NCBI RefSeq assembly: GCF_000143415.4
Contig: NW_003314298.1
Coordinates: 496,001-560,000 of the forward strand
Origin: Selaginella moellendorffii
Taxonomy: Eukaryota; Plantae; Lycopodiophyta
Direction: 5' to 3'
Length of the DNA stretch: 64,000 nucleotides
Part shown: in pieces, positions 1 through 10,584 of the stretch
How the letters are laid out: every line of letters starts with the position of its first letter
Numbering within the stretch: the stretch's first letter is position 1
Notes under the pieces: model-generated
What the model was told of the DNA's origin: nothing
Seen by the model: the letters and a program-made list of their open reading frames with translations, nothing else
Database searches by the model: none
Made by a program: the position numbers and the translations under genes

Positions 1-479
1 TGTGACAGCAAGTTTCCTTCCTGACGCTATCCTCAAATCTCGAAAGCTTGGCCTTGGATGCCAAATCTCCATAGACTGAAGCACGGAGTGACTTCTATAC
101 GTTATTTAGGCTGAAAAACTACTTACTTAGAAGGTAAGCAACTTGTAAGAATGTGCAATGTTGTGCAAGTTCCTCTACTGGGTAGCCCCTAAATTTGAGC
201 GTCCCGTCATTCCCATTGGCGAGCGAGATTGCAAACTTGGTGACTGCAGTGTTGAAATATCCGGGGTCAAATAGCAGCAGATCACCATCTTGTGCTGTGG
301 CCTGCATTCAAAACAAAATGACATGTCTAAAGACAAACATGCATTGCTACCTTGTTGACCATTTCTTTGGCCAAAACAATTCCACCCTGTTTGATCTCAA
401 GCTCAAATTCAAGCCCTGTCCTGGTATCTGCAATTGTGAGTGAACCAGGGCCGCCACCCAGAGCTTGATGCTCATCCAT
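1..479 (-). CDS. Citrate synthase-like protein, paralog 1 (5' three exons only; runs off the window)
   Basis: Exons 479-351, 301-127, 75-1 with GT-AG introns give MDEHQALGGGPGSLTIADTRTGLEFELEIKQGGIVLAKEMVNK|ATAQDGDLLLFDPGYFNTAVTKFAISLANGNDGTLKFRGYPVEELAQHCTFLQVAYLL|IYGDL. This matches the N-terminus of plant peroxisomal-type citrate synthases (DPGYxNT, RGYPxEEL). Confidence 0.88.
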
Positions 480-611
480 GATGGTTTTGATATTCAGCTC
501 TCTGAAGTTCTCTGCTCTATATATGCATACTCTAAACCAGGCGTGACATCGGGACATTGGGACATCAGGACATCGAGACATTGGTGCATCCTAACATGGA
601 TCACATGCTCA

Positions 612-927
612 TTGGCGTTTTCTATAAAAGCTGGCATCTGATAAAGCCAGCAAAAAGAACAATTCCGCCCTGCTTAATGTCAAGCTCAAACTCCCTGGTA
701 TCCTCAACTGTGAGTATAGCAAGACATTGGCGTTTTTTTATAAAAGCTGGCATCTGATAAAGCCTGCAAAAAGAACAATTCCGCCCTGCTTAATGTCAAG
801 CTCAAACTCCCTGGTATCCTCAACTGTGAGTATATCAAGACATTGGCATTCTTTTATAAAAGCTGGCATCTGATAAAGCCTGCAAAAAGAACAATTCTGC
901 CTTGCTTAATGTCAAGCTCAAACTCCA
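612..927. repeat. Tandem repeat, about 115-116 bp x 2.7, containing a citrate-synthase exon-1-like segment
   Basis: Units start at 612, 727 and 843 (ttggc..tataaaagctggcatctgataaagcc..). The minus strand reads LTVEDTREFELDIKQGGIVL. Confidence 0.9.
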
Positions 928-2104
928 TATCAAGACTATACTGGGCACCACAAGACTATAAACAGCATATAGATAGATAGAGAGCTATCAAGACATTGGC
1001 GATAACTTTGGAGACCTGCGTTGGAAACACACTCATGTGGCCCCACATGAATAATGTTAAAAAAGAGATGCCATAAATCCATTGCATTCATGTAGACAGG
1101 GTCCGTGCTTCCTCGTTGGGCACAAGGGGACCAGATAAACTTTTTGGAGGGTCACTTACACCCATCTTGATCTTGCGGACGGCTCAGATGCAAACTAAAT
1201 GTCCCAAGTAGAATATTCTTTTCATGATTCATGTGATTCATGCCCATCCCGCATGCGCATGCTAGAGAGTGCAAGCGGCGTCATAGCGGCAGCAGCGTAG
1301 GCACTCTCGCGCCGCTTGCAGCTCAGCTGCCAAGCAGGCGGTGGTGGGCTGCGATCGTGGGCGCAGCGGCGGCAAGCTCAAGCGTGGGCAGTGGCGGCCA
1401 GTGGGCTCATGGCTCGGCAGCCATGGCAGCAAGCTGTGAGTGGACAGCACCAAGCAGTGAGCATGGGTAGCAGTGGGCGGTGGTGAGCAGCATGGCTAGT
1501 GGCTTGCTCATGGCTCGTGAGTAGGAGGCTGCGAGTTGTGAGCTGTGAGTGGGGTGCAAGCCTGAGCAGGGTGAGGCAAGTGCATGGGTGGGTTTGTGAT
1601 CTACGTGGTGTGAAGAGGTGGCAAGGCAGTGGCAAGTTGCTGCAACGATGAGCTGCTAGTGAAGGTGTGGGCGTGGGGCTGAATTGTTGGTGATTAAGTT
1701 CATGTATATGTCTTATGCACAGCATATGAGGTGCATGGCATCGGCATTATATGGGCATGTGTACGCTTTATGTTTTCTTGAACTAACTAAATATCCAACT
1801 ACAAGCACATCGCTTAAGCAAACTTGTAGATAATAATAGATATACTAAGAATATGCTTGGATATTTTAGGTATTATTCATTTAGATTAATCTTGTATTTA
1901 CAATTTGTAAACATGTTTATAATTTATAAACTTTTCTAAACACCTTATAGAATATTCCCATCTAATGGTAATCTTGTTGTTATAAATATTTTTATAATTA
2001 AAAAATTTCTTAAATAGGGTTTATTTTGAGTAAACATTCTTTTATTAAAACAGTTATGTAATATTTAAAATAAACAAACAAACCAAATGTAATGCATAGA
2101 AATG

Positions 2105-2586
2105 TTTTTAGTAGATCTAAACATAACTTTATAAGCTCAAAATAAAAACTCAAAGCGTAAAGGGGATTGTAGAAAATTTATAAACTTTAACAATCTAAGT
2201 CTTATTGTAGACATTTAGTTGCACATTAAGTTTGTGTTTGTTTTTCATTGGAGATATGCTATTGTTAAGAATGCTTAAAATGGTAGGAAGAAGTAAAAAC
2301 AAGACTAGAGATATTTTTATATATAAAGTTGATACTAGTGTGTCAATTCGATCAAATAAATTATCTGTATCATGCCAATAAAACAATTCCAACCCATGAA
2401 AACACTAGTATTAACTTTATACATTCTTGTTTTTTCTTCTTAGCATTTTAAACAACGAAAGTATTCTTAGCAATAGTATATCTACCACTGAAAAAACAAA
2501 CACAAACTTAATATGCAACTTAAAGTTCATAAATTTTCACAAGTTTTTATTTTGAGCTTATGAAGTTATGTCTAGATCTGCTAAAA
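2105..2586. repeat. Long imperfect inverted repeat (foldback/MITE-like)
   Basis: Arms about 2105-2341 and 2402-2586 are reverse complements in five successive blocks, e.g. ttttagtagatctaaacataactttataagctcaaaataaaaact vs agtttttattttgagcttatgaagttatgtctagatctgctaaaa. Confidence 0.85.
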
Positions 2587-2982
2587 GAATGTGTAACAGT
2601 TTGTTTCAGTTCTGTAAACTTAATGTCAAACTAAATATCCTAAACTTAATGTTCCACTCGCAAATACATTTAGTTTACATCTGAACTGTCTCGAAGATCG
2701 GGTTGGGACATGGCGGGGGGGGGGGGGGGGGAGGCAGGAATGTTGTGCTTGCCTACCTGCCTCCTCTGGCTGGAAAGCCTGCAAAAAGCCTGCAAAAACA
2801 GCTGTTTGATGTCTTTTGTAAAAGCTTGCATCTGATAAAGCCTGCAAAAAGAAAAAGATTGAATGAAAAGAACTAACAGATCGCTATATAGCACATGTAC
2901 ATTATTACATAAATATGCAATTTTTTATTCTCTAAGAGTTTTTATTATTCACGTTGGTTGTTGTGTCTAGCTTGAAGAAACC

Positions 2983-5060
2983 ATGGCAGCTCCCCGTCAA
3001 TCCCGGAAAATTCGCATCATCCATCACAGGAATGGGCTCCCATACCAAAAGGATGTATTTGAACCAAGCTGTCTCAAGAGTTCCGACTTCTCCAAGGCAT
3101 GCTTCATTTTTTCGTTGGTGCAATTAAAAGACAACTTCATGTTCTTGTTCCTCTTCTCGCAGATCAAGGCTGGCGGAGATGGCAAGGGATTGAAGCTGTA
3201 TGATCCGGGATTTGTGCATACAGCTCCCGTGAAGTCCACCATTGCATTCATTGATGGGAGGAATGGGATTTTGAGATATAGAGGATACTCCGTGGAAGAG
3301 CTTGCGGAGAGAAGCACATACTTGGAGGTGGCATATTTACTGTGTAAGTATACATCTTTTCAAGAAAACGGATAAATCTTTTGTGGAACAGGTAAGGAGA
3401 ATCTCCCCACGAAGTCCCAGCTTTCTGAATGGGAAGCTGCAATCCAAAGGCAGTCCTCAATGCCAGAAGAGCTTCTGGCAAGCCACTACAGCTATGAGAG
3501 AGTGTTGTTGTGACACAATTTTGTTTTGCAGGCCCTTATTGACGCTCTTCCTCGAGATTCTCATCCAAAGCAAAACTTTGTCACAGCCTTGTATGCCCTC
3601 ATTTCATTCAATCCAGATGCAAATCCTCTAGTGGCGGTGAAGCTTTAATTTTTTCCTAGTATACAATCTTTGTCTTTGTACAAATGCAGGGACATGATCT
3701 GTACAAAACAGAAGCTGCACAAAACCTGCACATTATTCGTATAATGGGAAAGGTGATGTCTCATCCATCAATAATACATGTTTTTGGGGTCCATTGGCGC
3801 CCAGCTGGAGGCATTTTTGTTAAAATGTGCCTTTTCAGGCTGCTAGCTTGGCAGGCGCAATCTACGTTCATATGGAGGGTCAAAAGCCCATTAAAAATCC
3901 GAACAATAGTCTCAATTTTTCTGAAATGATTCTTTATATGTTCCATTCAATGTGAGCATTAAGCAAAATTTCTTGCTTTGATTTCAACTGCTTTCTGCCT
4001 TCAGGGGAGATCAAGACTTCAAGCCAAATCCCGCACTTGCAAAAGCTTTGGATGTGATTTTTATAATATTGGCTGAGCATGAACTTGGTACAGCAACAGC
4101 AGCAACTTTACACCTTGCATCAAGGTGCGTTTCTTTTGGTGTAATTTTACTGTCTGCTTTCTACTAATTTTTCAGCAGTGGAGTGGATGTTTATACAGCA
4201 ATTGCTGGAGGCACTAGTGCATTATCAGGGCCCAATGATATAGGGGCGGTTGAGGTAAACGACTATCAAACACTAGGATTTTCTGAATAAAAGTTATGAT
4301 TTTGTTAAGGCTGTTTTGGACATGCTCAATGAAATTGGAAGCATTGAGAATGTTGCATTCTACATAGAAGAAGCCAAGAAAAGGTATGAAGAAAATTAAT
4401 AAAGTATATTATACTAAATTATTTTTACTAACAGTAACACCAAACTACCTGGAATTGGCCACCGTGTATACAAGACATATGATCCTCGAGCGAAGGCAAG
4501 TGTAACAATGGCCTTTCAAAGTTACTTGACAATGTTTTAATAATGCAGCTCATTCAAAAGCTAGCAGAAGAGGTTTACGACATGGTTGGCAAAGATCCCC
4601 TGGTAGAGGTGTAATTTACATTAATAGACTTCTATTCCAGAGCCTTATGTTTTGAGTGATCAGGTTGCAGCTGCATTGGAGAATGCCATTATTGCCGATG
4701 AGTATTTTATAAACAGAAAACTGTATCCTAATGCCACCTTTCACTTGGGCCTCTTGCTTAGGCAAGTAGTTTTGCATATTCACTGACATGGTTTCAAGAC
4801 ATGCTTTGATGTACAGGGCTCTTGGCTTTCCTAAACAATTTTTTGTGGTTCTTGTCTCTATTGCCCGGATTGCTGGTCAGTTGGCACACTGGAAAGAGTC
4901 TATGAATGACCCGTCAACTAGGCTGATGAGGCCACAACAGGTGAGTAAAAATCTCTACTCTTTTATAACATTCATTCATTCATATTCTGTTTTTACATGG
5001 TCACTGCTTTTTCTCTTGCAGTGGTACACTGGGCAAAGGCTTCGCCATTATTCAAAGTAA
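2983..5060 (+). CDS. Citrate synthase-like protein, paralog 2, 14 exons, with non-canonical active site
   Basis: Manual splicing gives an uninterrupted frame with [85 protein letters not shown]|WYTG. The exact 3' end is uncertain. Confidence 0.92.
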
Positions 5061-5390
5061 TTATTTGTTTAAAAAATTTGGAACATGTGCTTGACATGTC
5101 TTGGAATTTACCCCGGTGGTGAGGATTTGCAAGAAGTAGAAGAGTTTAAAGTCTCAGCAGCGCCCAGTGGGGCATGGGACCCCGTTGCATGGCAACGGCG
5201 ACAAAGGAAGAGGAGAGCGTGGCTTTCGGACTCCTACTTCGCTGGAAGTGACGGGTCTCTTATCCTTGTTGTGTTGGCGTGTCGGTCGGGAAAGCTGGAG
5301 CAAAGAAATTTCCCGGTGAGTGTGGCATTTTCATAAACAGAAGGATTACAATAAATAAACAGACAAGATAGATCTTCTTAATAGAATTCC

Positions 5391-6835
5391 ATGGAGGAGC
5401 TTTCCATGGAGGAGCTTGCTTCTTACAAAGGGCATATAGTAGCCTTCCCTTTGCCACTCCAAGGCCATATCAATCCCATGCTCATTCTCTGCAAGGCCCT
5501 AGTGTCACTGGGCTTCTCCGTGACATTCGTCAATGCAGAGAGCAACCACAAGCGCCTCCTTGCTCACATTTCTGCCGCTCCAAGCACAGGAATCGACTTT
5601 GTTCCCATTCCCGACCACCTTGACACGCCCATCGCCACTGTCGACGTCCACAACAGCAACAATCTGCTACTCGTCCGCAACGCAGTCCGCAAGATGCGTG
5701 CTGACTTTGAAAGCGCGCTTAAGAACATTGTCAGCAATGTCAAGGTGGAGTTTATTCTCTCGGAAATGACTGTAGATTGGACACAGGGAACTGCGGATAA
5801 GTTCGGCATCCCCAAGGTGACACTTTTCACTGAGAGTGCAGCTTCACTTTCGATCCAATATCACATTCCAGAGCTCCTTGCCAAGAAACACGCTCCTGTC
5901 CGACAAGGCTGTCCAGGTATGATTTCAGCATCGTTGTTGCATCGGTGTTCGACCCTGAAACTTCTGTTTTATAAATTTTAGATCTGCAGAGTATCGACTA
6001 CTTCTCGCTTAGTGCTCACGCCGAGAAGTTGGATCCGGGATTTGCACAAAGGGTCGAAAGGAAAAAAGTTTTGTTCAAGGCAAAGTGCGTTGTGGTCAAC
6101 TTTTTTTACGCTCTCGAGCACGGAGTCTTCGCCGGTCTCCGAGCAAAATTCCATCAGACCGTGGTTCCAGTTGGTCCACTGCTGCCTCCCGCTTTCCTGG
6201 GAACCGAAAACGGGTCAAATAAGCCTACCACCTTGCCAGGTATGTGGCCTGCGGATGACACTTGCAAGCAGTGGCTGGACCATCAGCAAGATGGCACAGT
6301 TTTATACGTTTCTTTTGGGAGCAATGCAACTCTCACAATGGATGACTTTGTTCGACTTGCAAGAGGGCTGGGGCTGTGCAAGCAGCTGTTTCTATCAACT
6401 TTAGTCCCGGGTTCATCCTTGGACGAGCTTTTGAAAGTGGTGAGGAGAAATTCCGTATACGAAGGACAGTCGTGCACTGTTTCTTGGGCACCACAGCTAC
6501 AAGTCCTATTGCATCCAGCTGTTGGCTGGTTTGTCACGCACTGTGGATGGAATTCGACGCTGGAGAGCATCTGTGCGGGTGTCCCCATGTTGTGTTGGCC
6601 TCTGACGGCAGAGCAGAATCTGAATTGCAAGTTCATTGCTGACGAGTGGAAGATTGGTGTCAGATTGCTGGACGACAGTCGCTGCATTGAAGAGGTGATA
6701 ACGGGGGTTGTGGACAGCCAAGGACGCAGCCTGATGAAAACGAAAGTTAAAAAGTTGAAAGAAGCGGCCATCAAGGAATCCAAACTGATCTCTAAGACCA
6801 TTGATGATGCTCTCAGCTCTAAATCACGTTCTTAA
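5391..6835 (+). CDS. Family-1 UDP-glycosyltransferase (one intron, 5917-5981; about 459 aa)
   Basis: N-terminal PLPLQGHINP catalytic His and a complete PSPG box WAPQLQVLLHPAVGWFVTHCGWNSTLESICAGVPMLCWPLTAEQ. Confidence 0.95.
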
Positions 6836-7529
6836 TAAGAACTTGGGCAGTTGATATCAAAGTGTTACGTAAACAGAAATTCAAAATCCATATTTGTGCG
6901 CTCACTGAAGAAGCCAAAGATGCCAGCTCTTGAAAGGGGAGCTTATTATCAAAAAAAATGTCAGGAGCAAAAAATTGAATTGCAAGATAGATTAAGTGAA
7001 TCTAATGAAGTTCAATTGATGTTTAATCAAACTGGTGGAACATGTACCAGCAGTAAGTCATTTGAAGGCTCTCTGTCATAAGCCTTCTCACAAAAATGTT
7101 GCCTTTGCTGGCTTGTGAGTGTGGGCAGCACACTGGAGGAGCTGAGGACCACAATGTGCTTATGGATATATATTTTTTTCTATATATAGTTTATACATTT
7201 GTGTTCCAAGATGATTTTTTAAAATATAGTTATAAACCTGTAGTGGTTCTGTGAAGAATGTTTGCAATTAAAAATCAATCTGGTTATAGGGGGTCTTTTA
7301 TAGGGGTTTTGGAAACTAATATGAACCTCAGATTAATCTAAGTTAAACATAAGTTAAACATTGTGGCTTTCAGTGTAAATGCCACTCAAAGTGATTTGGT
7401 CATGTGAAGACTTTAATCCAATGTAAAAATTACTTTCATAATGGCTAAGAATTAAAAGCATTTTCTATAGTAAATTATAATAATGGAAAGTCTAAGGTAA
7501 CTAAATTAAGCTTATTATAACATAATTTA

Positions 7530-9170
7530 TCTCTTTCCCCTAAGCCTGTTGAAAAAAGCTTAAAAACCCTTTGATGAAATAGCCTTTAATGACTATTTTT
7601 TCTCTATTTATCCATAAGGTTTTAAAAATTTAAATCTCAATTTATTATTACATACACTACACTTACCCTCTGTTCAAGATGTTAATGTCCATGGAACACT
7701 TCCATTTTCATCTATTCATCCGTATTGTAATTCTATGGTGGATTAATGTTGTCATTGATGAAAGAGAATTAACACCTCCATTTCTACATTAAATCTACTA
7801 GTTCTTCTACTATATAAATTAGTCCCATAATTCTCCCTTTAAACCAATTGAAAAATGCCCTTTAAGCCAACTAAAAAAGCTTAAAGGCCCTTTGATGAAA
7901 AAGCCCCTAAAATTCTAAAAATTCACAGTGATAATATATTTAAATTTCAATCGATAATCATATAAATCACTCACCCCCTTTTCAAGATGTTAATGGAACA
8001 CCTCTATTTCCATCAATCTATCTGTATTGCAGTCCCACAGTGAATCAATGGAACCCTTATTAAATTAAGGGGAAACAATACCTCCATTTCTACATTAAAT
8101 CTGCTAGTTCTTTTACTATATAAATTAGTTTTATAGTAGATCTTTTGATAAACAAAACCGTATTGTAGTTTCATAGTGGATTAATGGAACCTTTATTGAG
8201 CTAAAGGGTTTTATTTCTACATTAAATGGAACCCTTATTAAGCTAATTGCAATTTTACAGTGGATCAATAAAACCCTTATTAAACCAAGGGGAATAAACA
8301 TTTCTATTTCCATATTAAATCTACTAATCCTTCCATTATATAAGCTAATGCATTAGTAAGGTTCCATTGATCCATAATGGGATTGCAATACAAATTTATT
8401 TATTAAACATCCATTATCGAAAGTTTTACTATAAAACTAATTTACATAGTGGAAGGATTAGTAGATTTAATGTGAAAATGGATGTGTTAGTTTTCCTTTG
8501 CTTAATAAAGGTGCACCATAAGACTGTGGTATGACTTTGTTTGTTGGACATCTACTATTATAAGGTCCACTATAAGACTAATTTACATATTGCAATCCTA
8601 CTGTGGATTAATGGAATCTTTATTAAGCCAAAAGGAACTAACACCTCCTTTTCCATATTAAATCTACTAATCCTTCCACTATATAAACTAATTCCATAGT
8701 TAAATCTCCATTGGAAAGCTTGCGGGAATCCACCCATTTCCACAGAAACGGATCTGGATTTTATTACTCCACCATCCCGCATAATAATGAATGTTTAACA
8801 GATAAAGCCATACTATAGTTTTATGGTGGATCAATAGAACTTTTATTGAGACAAGAGGAACTAACACTTCCATTTTTTGCATTAAATCTACAAGTCTTTA
8901 CACTATGTAAACTATTCTTATGGTAAATCATACTATAGTCCTCCAGTGGATTAATGACCCTCTACATTAAATCTATTAATCCTTCCACTATGTAAACTAA
9001 TCTTTAATGACCCTCTACAGTAAATCTATTAATCTTTCTACTATGTAAATTAGTCTTTATTGAGCCAAGGGGAATTAACACTTCCATTTTTGCATTAAAT
9101 TTACTAATCTTTCCACTAAATAAATTAATTCTATAGTGGATCTTTCGATAGTGGATATCTAACAAACAAA
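7530..9170. repeat. AT-rich, internally repetitive satellite/foldback-like block
   Basis: Motif cattaaatctactaatccttccactatataaactaat recurs near 7786, 8093, 8311, 8655, 8880, 8965, 9018 and 9093, and inverted near 8435-8473. A ~300-bp direct duplication spans about 7535-7830 and 7857-8130. Confidence 0.8.
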
Positions 9171-9333
9171 AAATGTACAATATATTATTTTTATAATTAT
9201 TATTATACTTTTTGGTAGCCACTAATCAATGAGAATCGAACCATGAAAAAAGGGCAATTACTTAATAAAAAAGTTTTTAATACTTATTTTATCACAATGT
9301 TTCAAAAATCCGTGATGATAGTATATCCAAATA

Positions 9334-10248
9334 TCAACTGATGATCATATACACTACACTTATTGAGTAGCTTATAATAGCTAAACTGGTAGCATCTGGG
9401 ATGTTATCTCCTTTGGCACAGTAGCTCAGCACTGACAGAACTTTCAAGCCTCTTTTCTGTAAGGCAGGGAAGATTTTAGACTGGTTTTCACCACTTTGAA
9501 TGAATAGAAGTACCTTGAAGGACGTGAACAGAGCAGTAACCAGCAGCCGTGAGAGGTAGTCTTGGTCATGCTCTCCGACTCTACCATCCATCGCATCTCT
9601 CAGCACAGAAAACTCGAAGGGCTCGGTGTGCTGACCGGATTGTTTCACGTCCAGCCAGCCTAGTCTCTCGCACAGCTCGTCTTTGCCATCTTCGCTGGCG
9701 CTGGTTTGATAGTAAACTTGAGGCCTGGAAAAGGAAGGAGAAACGCATTAGCAAGTAAAGCAAGAGGATCGGATCGTACCCAGCGTTGTGGAGAAGGTGT
9801 CTCTTTTCCGAGTCCAAGCCGGATAGCACGACGACGTTTTCAAATCCCTCACTCTTCGCCCAGTCGGCCAGATTCTCGGCAAACTTAAGCGTGGAGCCCT
9901 GAAGCATCTCATATAATCTCAAGTGATTCGTGAAAAAATTCTAAATCCTACCTTGACAAGAGGCGATTGCTGTTGCAAGTCACTAGCAGAATCCACGTAC
10001 ACTGCAAAAGCACAAGATAGCATGAGACGAGAAGAAGAAAAGAAGAGCAAGAAGGAAAAGAGGAGAAAGAGAGATTTCCGACCCTGGGCATTCCATACGT
10101 CGAAATCAAGAGATCCACGGCGAGCTGGCCCGCATTTCCAATCGAGAGCGCCGGCTGATCGCAAGAAATCAGACAATGAGCGAGGAAAAGACCTGGATTG
10201 AAACTCACCAGTACAAGCGCGCGTCGCACTGTCGCCACAAAACTCCAT
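9334..10248 (-). pseudogene. PAC2: Proteasome assembly chaperone 2 (PAC2/PSMG2)-like, apparently disrupted
   Basis: Motifs PALSIGNAGQLAVDLL, KFAENLADWAKS, PQVYY and SYCAKGDNIPDA. An extra T after the ATG (ATGGAGTTTTGTG) puts exon 1 out of phase, the segment expected after MPRVG is not evident, and the C-terminus is short. Confidence 0.75.
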
Positions 10249-10584
10249 ATCGACGAAGAACCCTAAAGTTGAGGCAAGGCAAAAGATTGACCAGGCTAAG
10301 AAAAATGGTTCAGGAGTTTTGGATTTCATATTAGATCAGATGATGGCGACTCAAGACTTAGATACTCATCATCACCATTAAAGCATCGAACCATGGACCT
10401 CTCAGTCCACAAGTTCAACACCTTAACACTGAGCCGCATGGCTCAGTCTTGTCAAAATGTAACACGTCAATAACTTTACTCGGGTTTTTAGGGTTTAAGG
10501 TGTTAAAATTAGGGCTTTTCAAAACCAAAATTTCTCGCGCGTTTTTTATGTTTAAAAAGTTTAAAGAAGAAAGATGGGGGTATT

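Noticed and set aside
612-927. CRISPR-like array
   Set aside because: Whole units are repeated with no unique spacers; eukaryotic context.
1240-1725. Overlapping Ala/Ser-rich ORFs
   Set aside because: Low-complexity GC-rich sequence with no domain or splice support.
5085-5336. Possible extra C-terminal exon of the citrate-synthase-like gene
   Set aside because: A gtaatt donor exists at the stop, but I found no convincing acceptor or homology.
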